From the sequence record NC_105587.1: 64,000 bases of DNA; one strand, 5' to 3'. This DNA is from Escherichia phage EC100. Of the stretch, positions 45,233-55,387 are shown one piece after another (the first letter of the stretch is position 1; each line of letters starts with the position of its first letter). A program made the position numbers and the translations under genes. The notes beneath the pieces were generated by a model. It was not told the DNA's origin and did no database searches. It was given only the letters and a program-made list of their open reading frames with translations.

Positions 45233-48200
45233 TTAAGAATTTCCTAATGTTTTCAGACTAGCACCGTTCTCATTCAGAGCTAATTCTACTGCGTCTCTTA
45301 GAGCACTACTATTACTAGAAGCAAACTCTCTAAAACTTGCAGCATCCATAGCACTAATATTCAAGATGATAGGTCTTCCTGAAGTTGAGTTAGATGAGGT
45401 TTTTAACTCATCATTAGGTGTAGCTTTCATAGGAACCATAGGGGTAACTACTTCTGTACCATGCTCACCCATTTGATAGCTAACCCCAGGGTACATATTA
45501 CCACCCTCAGCACGAGGAACGAAAGAGTTAGCACCGCCTATGCCTTTATCGCCACGAATATAAGATAATTCACCAGCATTAGCAGACATGGACACATCTA
45601 TATTCTTCTGACGTTCTCCTAAGGTTAAATAACTAGTTGTATCCGCCCCAGAATCTGCAATAGAAGACATGCCAGATGCAGAAGATGCTTGTGCTAACGC
45701 CAATGCACCCGCTAAACCTGCCGCAACCATTAAAGGAATAGAGAACGGGTATGGTACAGCTGTTGCCGCTTGCATTACAGCTACTGCAGTTTGGATGATA
45801 ATCTGCTTCTTAGCTGCGTCTTGTTGAATCTTCAGCTTTTCAGCTTCCAACTTCTTCAACTTAGCTTTAGATGCTTCTGATTTACCATCACGTTTCTGTT
45901 CTGCTGCAATAGCCTGATCAATTGCACTAACTTGTTGGCTAGTACTATATTGAATCATCGAGGCTACAGTCTGCATACCAGAAGCAATCATAGACGTAGT
46001 ATCTAGGGATCCCTGGGAGAACTGAATCATAGAGTTAGTTAAATTACCCATGCTTTGAGCTACAGCAGTTGCTTCGGAATTTAACTCAGATAGTTTAGAA
46101 ATTGCTTGGTCATACGAAGACATCCTATTCTGCATATCAGCAAAATCTTTATCTGCTCCAGATAGGCCAGTTGTAGGAGTATAAGTAGCTCCAACAGAAG
46201 AACCTACCTGTTGCTGCATCTGAGCATTACGTTGTGCTGTTAAAGCTGACATCTGAGCCCTTGTCTTAGCTATTTCAGCATTCCAACGCATTTGCTCATT
46301 AGCGTTACCTTTGGTAAGTTCTTTCATCTGAGTATAAAAATCTAACTGCATTTCCATTTTTTGCATTTCCCCTGCCAGAGGGAACATGGAAGTTAGAGTA
46401 TTTTCAAAGGCTTCTTGCCTTTTACTGGTCATTTCAGCTTGCTGGTTCTGACGGAATTTCCATATTTCACGTTCAATTTGGGCTTGAGAACGTCTAGACT
46501 GTTCAGCCTCTTTCTGTTTGTCCGCTTGTTTTGTATACCATTCGTACTTCTCTTTTTCAATGGTCAATTCAAGATTTAACTGTGCTAGACGATACTGAGT
46601 ATCTGTCATAGTACGGTTATTTAAGAGAGCTATCTCACGATCTACACCAAGAATTTTATCTGTGTAATCCTTGACCTTCTTCTGAGCTTCCATACCCTGA
46701 TTGGTAAGTTTAAGTTTCTCCAGCTGAATTTTTTCAATTTCTTTCTCAACAGCTTTATTTCCCTGGTTTGTTTGAAGAACACGGCGTAAAGCAGCTTCTT
46801 GCTCTTCTAACTGTTGGAGTTCTAAACGCCTACCGGCTTCCTGTGCTTTTTCTTTATCCTTAGTTTGGTTATATACATCAGCTATCTTCTGTTGAACTGC
46901 TAACTGATTTTTAGTTTCATTACCGGTTAGTTTAACATACTCAGATAAGGCCTGAGACGCAGTTTTCATTTCAGACAGAGTGTTATAGCCTAGGTTAAGA
47001 TTTTTAACGTACTCATCTGCACTTTTACCAGTACCTAGAGATAGAGATTCTATATTTTTTATAGCATCTGCTAAAGTAGCACTAGTTTTAGCAGCAGTAT
47101 CTGTATTCTGAGCAACGTTCTGTATGTCATTAGCTAAGTCACTAGCCGTTTTCTTAGTCTGATTGTACGCTTTCTGCTGCTCAGTTAGTCCTTTTAATAC
47201 AGTAGAGTTAAAATCGTATACAGCATCAGGATCAGTAGTATCTCTCTGTAGATTAATCTGTTTCTGAAACTCTGGATTAGCTTTTGCAGCAGCAGCACCC
47301 GCAGCTTGATAGGCTGACTTCCAAGCATTAAGGTTTTCAGTAGAATCTTCTACTTCCTTACCTAGTCTGGTTACTTGTAGACCCATAGCCGCAGTTTCTT
47401 CTACGAACTTTTTATTAGCTTCGGAAGCACCAGCAGCAGCAAGACCAACAGGAATACCTTCACCAACTTGACGTATGGCTAGTTTTGTATAGAAATCTGC
47501 TTGTTCCATTCGTTTGTCGAACTCAGATTTTAGCTTATTACGCTTATCAAGAGATTCCTTATACATATCTAGAGCTTTATTATAGCCTTCTTCAGAAGCA
47601 GCCAAACTTAAAGCAACAGCACCAACGTTGGTAGGATCTATCTGTCTATTAGTTTTTTCTTGCGCTCTAGCTGCCTCAGCAGATATCGAAGCCTGAGAAG
47701 TGTAGAATACAGTATTGATAGCATCAATTACTGGCCCTAAATACTTAGCAGCAGCCTGCTGAATCTTTCTCAGGGCGGCATCTGCATTAGCAGCAAATTG
47801 CTCCCATGGAGTTGCACGTAGTACTTCATCTAGGTAGCCAAACCTCTTAGTAGATTCAGCAATTACCGCGTTAGCGTATGCTTGTTGTTTCTGGAAAGTG
47901 GTAAGACTATTAACATTATATGTTATACCTGTGTTTGCAGCATTTAACTGTTTAACATAATCGGCGTATGCGTCATTAAGACGGATGGTGACACCAAGTT
48001 CATCCAGAAGTTCGATTTCTTGTTTAGATACGCCCTTAATTACACGGTTAAGTGCATCAGTCATATCAACACCAAGAACAGCAGCAGCACGACGAGCTAC
48101 TAAACCAAATTTATTAAGTTGTTCGGCATCAAATCCATAAGCAGATGCTGAAGATGCCTGTCTCATTGCTTCCTCAAAAGAAATAGCATATCCAGCAGCT

Positions 48201-48916
48201 TCTTGTAGTGATCTAGCAAGGGTCTGAACAGGAGTACCTGTCTGAGTACCTACTATAACACCAAATTTTTCTAGACGATTTAGCTGGTCACCTAGTTTAA
48301 GTTGTTCGAACGCTGATTGCAAAACGAAGATGTTGGAAGCAAGAGCTGCGTACATAATAGGTAAACTACCACCTATCTTAGCCATTGCTGCAAAATCACG
48401 AGTTGCACCACGTGCTGAACCAGAAGTATTACCAATAGCTCTAGAAGCTCTACCAGCGGCACCAGCAGTGTCATTAAAACCCCTAGCTGTGCCACCTAAT
48501 GCTCTATTAGTATCATATAACCTATCTTGAACTTTCTCTGTTGCAGCTGCAACATCATTGCCCATTGTTTTAACAGATCTAGAAACCCCATCGAATCCAA
48601 CTTCTAGCTTATCAGCTACCTCTATCATTGTAATAGCAAGGTCGTCCAGCTTAGTTCCTATATCATTAATAGATTTAGTAACACTAAGCATACCCCTACT
48701 AGCTTGCATTTTAGTAAGACTTTTTGCTGCTCTATCTGCTGCCCTCTCAATGGAGTATAGAGTTTTGGGCATTTTACCTAACTGTTCATTCGTTAGCTCA
48801 GAAGCCGCAGCAGCATTCTCTAATGCATCAGATACGTTTTCAATAGACTTTGCAGTACGAGTTGCCCCCTTCTGTTTAACGTCTATTAGTAATTCTCGTA
48901 TTAGCTTATCAGTCAT
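45233..48916 (-). CDS. tape measure protein (T5 pb2-like)
   Basis: 1227 aa, long coiled-coil and Ala/Gln-rich stretches, hydrophobic segment near the C-terminus. Confidence 0.85.
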   Translation of the reverse strand: MTDKLIRELLIDVKQKGATRTAKSIENVSDALENAAAASELTNEQLGKMPKTLYSIERAADRAAKSLTKMQASRGMLSVTKSINDIGTKLDDLAITMIEVADKLEVGFDGVSRSVKTMGNDVAAATEKVQDRLYDTNRALGGTARGFNDTAGAAGRASRAIGNTSGSARGATRDFAAMAKIGGSLPIMYAALASNIFVLQSAFEQLKLGDQLNRLEKFGVIVGTQTGTPVQTLARSLQEAAGYAISFEEAMRQASSASAYGFDAEQLNKFGLVARRAAAVLGVDMTDALNRVIKGVSKQEIELLDELGVTIRLNDAYADYVKQLNAANTGITYNVNSLTTFQKQQAYANAVIAESTKRFGYLDEVLRATPWEQFAANADAALRKIQQAAAKYLGPVIDAINTVFYTSQASISAEAARAQEKTNRQIDPTNVGAVALSLAASEEGYNKALDMYKESLDKRNKLKSEFDKRMEQADFYTKLAIRQVGEGIPVGLAAAGASEANKKFVEETAAMGLQVTRLGKEVEDSTENLNAWKSAYQAAGAAAAKANPEFQKQINLQRDTTDPDAVYDFNSTVLKGLTEQQKAYNQTKKTASDLANDIQNVAQNTDTAAKTSATLADAIKNIESLSLGTGKSADEYVKNLNLGYNTLSEMKTASQALSEYVKLTGNETKNQLAVQQKIADVYNQTKDKEKAQEAGRRLELQQLEEQEAALRRVLQTNQGNKAVEKEIEKIQLEKLKLTNQGMEAQKKVKDYTDKILGVDREIALLNNRTMTDTQYRLAQLNLELTIEKEKYEWYTKQADKQKEAEQSRRSQAQIEREIWKFRQNQQAEMTSKRQEAFENTLTSMFPLAGEMQKMEMQLDFYTQMKELTKGNANEQMRWNAEIAKTRAQMSALTAQRNAQMQQQVGSSVGATYTPTTGLSGADKDFADMQNRMSSYDQAISKLSELNSEATAVAQSMGNLTNSMIQFSQGSLDTTSMIASGMQTVASMIQYSTSQQVSAIDQAIAAEQKRDGKSEASKAKLKKLEAEKLKIQQDAAKKQIIIQTAVAVMQAATAVPYPFSIPLMVAAGLAGALALAQASSASGMSSIADSGADTTSYLTLGERQKNIDVSMSANAGELSYIRGDKGIGGANSFVPRAEGGNMYPGVSYQMGEHGTEVVTPMVPMKATPNDELKTSSNSTSGRPIILNISAMDAASFREFASSNSSALRDAVELALNENGASLKTLGNS

Positions 48917-48924
48917 ATTTTATT

Positions 48925-48964
48925 TTTCCCAATAAAAAAGGCTCTGGGCAAATCACCCAGAGCC
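48925..48964 (-). terminator. rho-independent terminator directly upstream of the tape measure start
   Basis: GGCTCTGGG / CCCAGAGCC 9-bp stem followed by UUUUUUAUU; the ATG follows 23 nt later. Confidence 0.6.
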
Positions 48965-48998
48965 AAGCCTCATCGTGGAACGCCCATTGGAGGAAACT

Positions 48999-49490
48999 TT
49001 ACCGTGCTCGAGATTTGGCATGCGGCTTAACGTTAGGTATTCTACCGTTTTGCGGCTTATGCTTCTCAGCACGTTTACGTGCAGCGTCTACAGCTTTAGC
49101 ATCAAATATATTGATAATGTGTAGAACAAATTCTTTTTCTATAGGGTCGGTAATCCCATAAATATCAAATAAAACACCTAAAGCAGCCTTGTCTTTACCT
49201 ATAAAGATAGGGAAGTCACCAGGTATGAAACAGTCAACTAGACTATTATAAATATTCATACTAATAGCTACAATAGGTGGAAAGTCTTCAAGTTCAACAG
49301 GCATAGCCTTAGGATCAGGTTCTATACCCATTGACTCACAAAGTATTAAATATTGTTGTTTAGTCATTTTAGATGCTGAGCTTTTAATACACTTATCTGC
49401 AAAATCAGCAACAGCATCTAGTAGTTCTTTACGCTTTTGAGCTACGAAAAGTGTCGAGGTGGAACACTGTCTGGTTGATCCAAGAATCAA
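48999..49490 (-). CDS. tail assembly chaperone, downstream frame (possible frameshift extension)
   Basis: 163-aa ORF in the +1 frame relative to 49429-49848, overlapping it by 62 nt; the only start is a non-ATG codon. Confidence 0.35.
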   Translation of the reverse strand: MILGSTRQCSTSTLFVAQKRKELLDAVADFADKCIKSSASKMTKQQYLILCESMGIEPDPKAMPVELEDFPPIVAISMNIYNSLVDCFIPGDFPIFIGKDKAALGVLFDIYGITDPIEKEFVLHIINIFDAKAVDAARKRAEKHKPQNGRIPNVKPHAKSRAR

Positions 49491-49848
49491 ACGCAGCAGA
49501 GTTCTGCATAAGCATTACAGCATTATCACGACTAAATGGAACTTCAGTAGTAGGATCAGCATCTGTCTCAATCAGCATCAGCTTTTCAACGTCACCTACA
49601 GTCAAACCAGTCCAACCTTTAATTGCAGCATCAACGAAAGCTTCAATAAACTTATCGTCATCCTGTACTTGAATTAGAGTACCATTAACCCACTCATCGC
49701 GTTTGGCGGAAGAGATAACACGCTTAGAGGTAGCACGAGACATATAGTTAAGCTCTAGCTTAAAGTTTGGCATACCTGGGTATGAAAGAGTAATAGTACG
49801 GGTATCAAGGGTAATATCTTTTAAATTAATCATTTTTAATTTCTCCAA
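49429..49848 (-). CDS. tail assembly chaperone
   Basis: 139 aa immediately upstream of the tape measure gene. Confidence 0.5.
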   Translation of the reverse strand: MEKLKMINLKDITLDTRTITLSYPGMPNFKLELNYMSRATSKRVISSAKRDEWVNGTLIQVQDDDKFIEAFVDAAIKGWTGLTVGDVEKLMLIETDADPTTEVPFSRDNAVMLMQNSAAFDSWINQTVFHLDTFRSSKA

Positions 49849-50728
49849 AGAAATCTATTCTCACTGGGTCTGAAGAAGCAGTAGGTATAATATCCCACTC
49901 AACTTTATACACATCTGAGAAATCTAGGCGTTTTGTAATACGTGCTAAAGGAAAATCTATAGAAATACTATTATTTCTTATATTTAAAGGTACATCGGTC
50001 TCTGGTTCGATATTGTAAACCATATCTCCAGCAAAACGTTTTAAGTAATATAGAGAAATGGTTGCCGAAGCATTCATTTCATTTACATAGGCTCTTTTAT
50101 TATTATAGATTTTATTTATATCAAAAACACTCTTATCTTCTCTCCAAGAGCATTGCTGTTGAAAAGATAAAGAGGCGGAAATAAGGCCAGGTAAGATGCT
50201 ACCGTTAGTAGAAACTATTACCGGGCTATAAGACATTGCTTCACCCTGTATAATAGAAGCTGCTTCTCTATATGTAGATACTTCGGAGAATTTCCCTGAC
50301 TCAATACCAACGTTAAGAATTGGTATATTCTTATCTAAAGAAAAATCTACTGTAGATACATAACAGTTTTCAAAATATACACAGTTGTTATCTTTATTTA
50401 CTATATAGATATTAAACATAATAGGTTCAATATTGTTACTATATAGTGGTAGTAAGAAAGTATTACCTTTTCTGTCAAAACCTAGCCATTCAAAAAAGTT
50501 AGCTTCAGTAAGTGTATTACTAAAATTTATTGCTAGAGAGATAGAAGAAGGAGTTTGAGCATTTATAATAGAGTCTGCATAGTTAGTTCTACGATGAATA
50601 GTCCTACGAAGGGTCTTAAATTCTTCGTAGGATGTTTGTACATCATAGTTTGATAGGGCATCAAAATGAAATGCCCTACCATCATACTCAACTATAACTT
50701 TTGACTCTCGCATTAGAGAGTAGTACAT
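49826..50728 (-). CDS. tail structural protein (T5 p140-like)
   Basis: 300 aa between tube and chaperone genes; assignment by size and position. Confidence 0.4.
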   Translation of the reverse strand: MYYSLMRESKVIVEYDGRAFHFDALSNYDVQTSYEEFKTLRRTIHRRTNYADSIINAQTPSSISLAINFSNTLTEANFFEWLGFDRKGNTFLLPLYSNNIEPIMFNIYIVNKDNNCVYFENCYVSTVDFSLDKNIPILNVGIESGKFSEVSTYREAASIIQGEAMSYSPVIVSTNGSILPGLISASLSFQQQCSWREDKSVFDINKIYNNKRAYVNEMNASATISLYYLKRFAGDMVYNIEPETDVPLNIRNNSISIDFPLARITKRLDFSDVYKVEWDIIPTASSDPVRIDFFGEIKND

Positions 50729-50732
50729 TTAT

Positions 50733-52139
50733 TTAACCACCAGCACTAACTGTGATAGTTTTAGTACCTTCTACACCAGAACCGTCTTTAGCTACAGCCT
50801 TCACAATAACTGCACCAGTTTTAGAAGCGTCAGCTGTTAATAGCCCAGATTCTGCATCAATCGTAGCTGCGTTACCACTAGAAATAGACCAAGTTACAGC
50901 CTTATTAGTAGCTTCTGGAGGTGTTACCTCAACAGACATCTGTAAAGTATTACTATTTGTTACAGAAACAGCCTCACCTGCAGATTTAACTATAATGGAT
51001 TTAACGGGAACTGGAGGAGTTTTAGCACCATCTCCGGTAGCAATTAGATTCGCTATTGTAGTTTTGGTATACTTGTTAGAGAAGCCTAAGTATCCTTCGT
51101 CACCAGTATCCAAATCAGTAGGAATAGCTTTAAACTCTACTGAAGTACCAAGTACATCATCAGTCTCAATAGTAGGAATGTTAACGTGCGCCTGTTTAGC
51201 AACTAACACAGCTGCCGGACGTTCATCATCGTATTCACCACCCAAAATAAGTGCAATTTCAAAACGGTTAACTACCTTAAGGGTTTTGACAAGATCTTTG
51301 TACAGTTCCATAGAACCAAGAGACTTATCATTAAGGTATGCTGTCAAAGAACCCGTTAACTCAAACGCACCTGTAAATGAGCCGATTGGAATATTTACAC
51401 GGGACATAATATTCGGGGTTAGGTACGTGATGTTGTTATTAATGGTAAAAGTACCACCAGTAATAGGAATATCATATGCCTTATCAGAATCCATATCCTT
51501 AATTTTTAGGATAGTTAACTTGTTCTTAATGTAAGAACTCTGAATAGTCATATAGGTTTCATCATCAATACCTAGTGCATCTGGATCAAATGGTTGGCTA
51601 TCTAACGGGATGAGCTGATTACCATTACCAGACCAAGTTACACGACCAATATCCTCAATATCAACGTTAACTTCTGCCTGGTTGATCTGGCAAGAGTCAA
51701 TATAGCTCCATGCTTTGTCAGTAAGAATGTAGATGTGCAGCATAGCCAACTCATGATAAGAGTTATCTTTAAAGTTAACCATGAAGTTAGCTTCATTATT
51801 ATGCGCACCTGTGTCTCCCTCAAGGTTTAGTGCTTTACCACTAGAAAGAGCATGCCATAACATGTAGTCGGGAACAATCTGTTTATTAGAGGTTTTATCC
51901 TTGTATGGCAGGATATAAGTAGAAAAACTCCACTCAGCCGCATTTAAGGAATCGTTAAAACGTTTAGAACCACGAGTAGGCCGCGGACCAGCTTCGTTAA
52001 CAGTAATATCTGTTGAGTTACTGTCCTGACCCCAAGAAATATCATCCTGAACTAGAATCTCTTGCGTGTTGGTCTTATCGTGACCAGTCTTAACCGTAGA
52101 CACGAAGATTCGAGTATTACGTAATAGTTGTAAAGACAT
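50733..52139 (-). CDS. major tail tube protein with C-terminal Ig-like domain (T5 pb6-like)
   Basis: 468 aa; C-terminal ~90 aa with bacterial Ig-like (Big_2-type) pattern; AGGAG SD. Confidence 0.75.
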   Translation of the reverse strand: MSLQLLRNTRIFVSTVKTGHDKTNTQEILVQDDISWGQDSNSTDITVNEAGPRPTRGSKRFNDSLNAAEWSFSTYILPYKDKTSNKQIVPDYMLWHALSSGKALNLEGDTGAHNNEANFMVNFKDNSYHELAMLHIYILTDKAWSYIDSCQINQAEVNVDIEDIGRVTWSGNGNQLIPLDSQPFDPDALGIDDETYMTIQSSYIKNKLTILKIKDMDSDKAYDIPITGGTFTINNNITYLTPNIMSRVNIPIGSFTGAFELTGSLTAYLNDKSLGSMELYKDLVKTLKVVNRFEIALILGGEYDDERPAAVLVAKQAHVNIPTIETDDVLGTSVEFKAIPTDLDTGDEGYLGFSNKYTKTTIANLIATGDGAKTPPVPVKSIIVKSAGEAVSVTNSNTLQMSVEVTPPEATNKAVTWSISSGNAATIDAESGLLTADASKTGAVIVKAVAKDGSGVEGTKTITVSAGG

Positions 52140-52165
52140 TTAATTATTTTCTCCTAATCTGTAAC

Positions 52166-52651
52166 TTATCTGCGAAGTGACCTACGTGGAGGCTGATACC
52201 TCACTGTTACATTTATTTCTGCTAAACCATATGGGGCCAGTAGACCCTCATCTGTACTAACTGATGTAATGCTCATATCAGTCGCCTCACATGGGAAGGT
52301 CGATCCATTAGGTTTACTAACAGTATATTCTAAATTTCCACCTGTGTCAATAACGGTTTTTATATCCGCTACGAGTTTTTCAAGTTGCTCTTGAATGTCT
52401 GTTTTCTCTTTATCATACACCAGGATAGGAAGTTCTAAAAACATCCACTGTTGACCTGAGGGAAGATACTGCCCAGTTTCAGTTCCGATATGAACTGCAA
52501 CATAAGGAAACTCTCTTATCTCCTCAAACTTATAAGTTTGACGTGAGACGTTTCCATACAAGTTATTAAAATATTCATCTGGTTGGGAGCCATCCATTTG
52601 TTTGGCTATTCGATCAACCAGAGCTTGTGCTATACTTGTTCTGTGATCCAT
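52166..52651 (-). CDS. putative tail terminator / head-tail joining protein
   Basis: 161 aa directly upstream of the tube gene. Confidence 0.4.
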   Translation of the reverse strand: MDHRTSIAQALVDRIAKQMDGSQPDEYFNNLYGNVSRQTYKFEEIREFPYVAVHIGTETGQYLPSGQQWMFLELPILVYDKEKTDIQEQLEKLVADIKTVIDTGGNLEYTVSKPNGSTFPCEATDMSITSVSTDEGLLAPYGLAEINVTVRYQPPRRSLRR

Positions 52652-52654
52652 TTA

Positions 52655-53422
52655 TTAGGTTCCTTGATTAACCTTAATTTTGTATCTGGAGTGAATTAAG
52701 TCTCTTGCAGCTTTAGCTATCGCCTCTCCAATTAATCTTTGAGGGTTTCTAGCACCTGGGTAGGGTCGTAATGACAATCTTCGATATGTGGATACTGCAG
52801 GATTAAATACTGAATATGGACGTACCATATAATTATATGTAACATTTAATTCAGGAGCACCTTTGCTAGTTCCAACATCTCTAAGCATAACATCTTTAAC
52901 TTTTAGAGAATTTGCAAAACGACCTGTTCTAAATTTAAGTGGAGCTCCTGCTTTTTTCATATCCTTTATTAAGTATTCTTTAGCAACCAACTCCAGAATA
53001 ACCTTCATATTGCTATTAGATACAAAACGTCCTGAAGCACCTGTTACTGCACCTGAGTATCCATCCTCTACGTCTCTAGGATCCCCAAAGTTTACCTGTA
53101 CTCTGCCTGTAGAACGTTTTTTACCTACAGCGGATTTTTTGCCAGCGGTTGCTTGTATTAAACTCTCTAGAGCACCTAAATCTCCCGAAAGATCTAAACT
53201 AGAGGATACGGCTTTTAGTATAGAGGCTGTTCTAACATCAAGAAGATCTTGTGATACGGGTTTTGAAAATTTAAAAGATACTTGAGCAACAGTACCATCT
53301 CTGGTAGGATCTTTTAACCCTGTCTCAACAGAGTACACAACAGTATTCTTATTATTTTCAGATCGTCCTGCAGTATCTAGCTGCTCTTTAATAATTTGTT
53401 TAGCTAGATCGGAAAGAGACAT
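52655..53422 (-). CDS. hypothetical structural protein
   Basis: 255 aa in the head-tail connector block. Confidence 0.4.
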   Translation of the reverse strand: MSLSDLAKQIIKEQLDTAGRSENNKNTVVYSVETGLKDPTRDGTVAQVSFKFSKPVSQDLLDVRTASILKAVSSSLDLSGDLGALESLIQATAGKKSAVGKKRSTGRVQVNFGDPRDVEDGYSGAVTGASGRFVSNSNMKVILELVAKEYLIKDMKKAGAPLKFRTGRFANSLKVKDVMLRDVGTSKGAPELNVTYNYMVRPYSVFNPAVSTYRRLSLRPYPGARNPQRLIGEAIAKAARDLIHSRYKIKVNQGT

Positions 53423-53934
53423 TATACTCTCCTATATACTTCAATAATAGTACGAATATGCTCTGGGATACCAGACTTAGTGCTATTGAAGGTTACTGTT
53501 TCACCACCAATTGTTTTAGCTTGGCGATAATCTTGTTTATGCCAATGATCTACTAGCATACACGCTGCAAGTTTGAGATCTTCAGGCACTGGGTTAAATC
53601 CACCTTGTGTATATGCTACATCCATATAACCTTCTGGAGGATTAAATTTGAGAAGGATAATACCGTCAGAGTATAGCTTATACTGCTCTGGGTCAATCTC
53701 ATTATCGTTAATCGTCACTTTAGTTACGGAGGTAGCAGATGGTGAACTCAGAAAATATTTCCTACGTGTAGGTTTTGTATTGATTAACTGGTCTACCGCA
53801 TCAGCATCATCCATGCCTAGAAGGCTCGTAATCAGCGCATTGGCAGCAGTAATCATCATTTCTACACCAGATTCTAATTCAGGTCGTTTTAAGCTACCAT
53901 ATAATCTATAATCTTCGGCTGTGATGATTTGCAT
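53422..53934 (-). CDS. putative head-tail adaptor / head completion protein
   Basis: 170 aa; N-terminal MQIITAEDY...L pattern typical of head-tail connector proteins; first gene after the capsid terminator. Confidence 0.45.
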   Translation of the reverse strand: MQIITAEDYRLYGSLKRPELESGVEMMITAANALITSLLGMDDADAVDQLINTKPTRRKYFLSSPSATSVTKVTINDNEIDPEQYKLYSDGIILLKFNPPEGYMDVAYTQGGFNPVPEDLKLAACMLVDHWHKQDYRQAKTIGGETVTFNSTKSGIPEHIRTIIEVYRRV

Positions 53935-53939
53935 TTATT

Positions 53940-53974
53940 TTTCCCAATAAAAAAGGAGAGCCGAAGCTCTCCTT
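53940..53974 (-). terminator. rho-independent terminator after the major capsid gene
   Basis: AAGGAGAGC-cgaa-GCTCTCCTT hairpin followed by UUUUAUUGG on the minus strand. Confidence 0.65.
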
Positions 53975-53993
53975 ATCGGCTGAAAAGCCTGTA

Positions 53994-55370
53994 TTAAGAT
54001 GCAGCGTAAGCACCAGATACAACGCCGTTTTCGAAGTAACGTTGCAGGTTAACACGCTGAGTAACGTAGTACGCATCACGCTGTTTACCAGCTTGGCGCT
54101 CACGTTCAACAGTAACAGCACGCTGACGCGGCATTACGAAGTTATCTTTATAAACAATAACTGCGAACTCTGCAGAGTTAGCTTTAGCTGGGAAGTACTC
54201 AGAAACTACAACCGGCAGACCATAAATACGACCAACCTGACCCTGCAGTTTAACAGCATCATTACCAACCTGTGCAACATCCTGCCATTCTTCATCTTCC
54301 AGCAGATCGTAGTAAGCATCCATAGATACGATCAGTACCAGTTTGCTCAGTTTCAGACCATGACGGCCCAGTTTACGACGCAGTTTAGAGATAGTTTTAG
54401 CAGTTACCAGAACAGAACCATCAGCTTTAGCTTCAGTAATAACTTTAGCACTGTCGCCTTCAGCCAGTTTCAACAGACCTTTCGGCTTACCAGTACCATC
54501 ACCAGTCATAAACGCTTCTTCGATAGAAACAGCATGTGCTTCGATCAGGCGCTTACGCAGCAGCGGTAGCAAGGAGAAGATTGCATCTTCTTCAGTTTCA
54601 TCAGTAATGAATGACTTAGCAGCCAGTTTATAGGTTTTGAACTGAATTTCAGTCAGAGCACCTTTAACTTCGTTACCAGTAGTAGTGTCAGTACCGTATG
54701 TGTTAGCATCTACCCAAGTAGCTTTACCAGCATCTGGTTCAACCAGCATAGTAAGAATTTTGCTGGACATTGGCAGTTCTTCAAACAGAGCACCAACTAC
54801 CAGTTCTTTCTGCAGATCACGAATAATACGCTGAGAGAAAATAGTTTCATAGCTTTCACTAGAAACTTCTACTGAAGAGGACTGGTTTACAGTTTTCAGG
54901 TGTCTCTGGCCATGTTCGGTATCAAATACACCTTTTTCCATCACGTAAGACAGAAGAACCAGTTTTTCAACTTCATCTTCAAAGTTTTCCTGAGTACCGT
55001 ACAGTGCTTTAGCTACGCTATCACCAACGAAGGAACGTCCTTCACGAGCTGCCAGCAGAGATTTGATTTCGTCCTGAAGACCAACAATAGTTTCCTGTTG
55101 TTTTTCTACGGTCTGTGCGAACAGTTCATTACTCTTCTTAGATTTCTCATCCAGCGACTTAACCAGTTCCAGAGCCTCTTCCAGACGCTTACGGTCTTCG
55201 CCAACTGCTTTAGAAACCAGGTCATTCATACGAGCCAGTTCTTTTTCTTCCTGCTCTTTACGCATACGTTCAGCTTCCTGAGCTTTCTGAGCAGCGGTCA
55301 GACCTTCCAGAGATTTAGCCAGATCACCCAGACCAAGTTCTTCTTTCAGCTTATTAATATCAATAGTCAT
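53994..55370 (-). CDS. major capsid protein precursor (HK97 fold with N-terminal delta domain; T5 pb8-like)
   Basis: 458 aa; N-terminal ~150-aa coiled-coil scaffold-like domain, then capsid body; strong codon bias; terminator downstream. Confidence 0.85.
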   Translation of the reverse strand: MTIDINKLKEELGLGDLAKSLEGLTAAQKAQEAERMRKEQEEKELARMNDLVSKAVGEDRKRLEEALELVKSLDEKSKKSNELFAQTVEKQQETIVGLQDEIKSLLAAREGRSFVGDSVAKALYGTQENFEDEVEKLVLLSYVMEKGVFDTEHGQRHLKTVNQSSSVEVSSESYETIFSQRIIRDLQKELVVGALFEELPMSSKILTMLVEPDAGKATWVDANTYGTDTTTGNEVKGALTEIQFKTYKLAAKSFITDETEEDAIFSLLPLLRKRLIEAHAVSIEEAFMTGDGTGKPKGLLKLAEGDSAKVITEAKADGSVLVTAKTISKLRRKLGRHGLKLSKLVLIVSMDAYYDLLEDEEWQDVAQVGNDAVKLQGQVGRIYGLPVVVSEYFPAKANSAEFAVIVYKDNFVMPRQRAVTVERERQAGKQRDAYYVTQRVNLQRYFENGVVSGAYAAS

Positions 55371-55387
55371 TTTTAAATAATTCTCCG

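Noticed and set aside
50752-51534. 260-aa plus-strand ORF
   Set aside because: Antisense to the tail tube gene, which has operon context and an Ig-like domain.
54042-55376. Two plus-strand ORFs (175 and 158 aa)
   Set aside because: Antisense to the major capsid gene; products are low-complexity Phe/Ser/Thr-rich.
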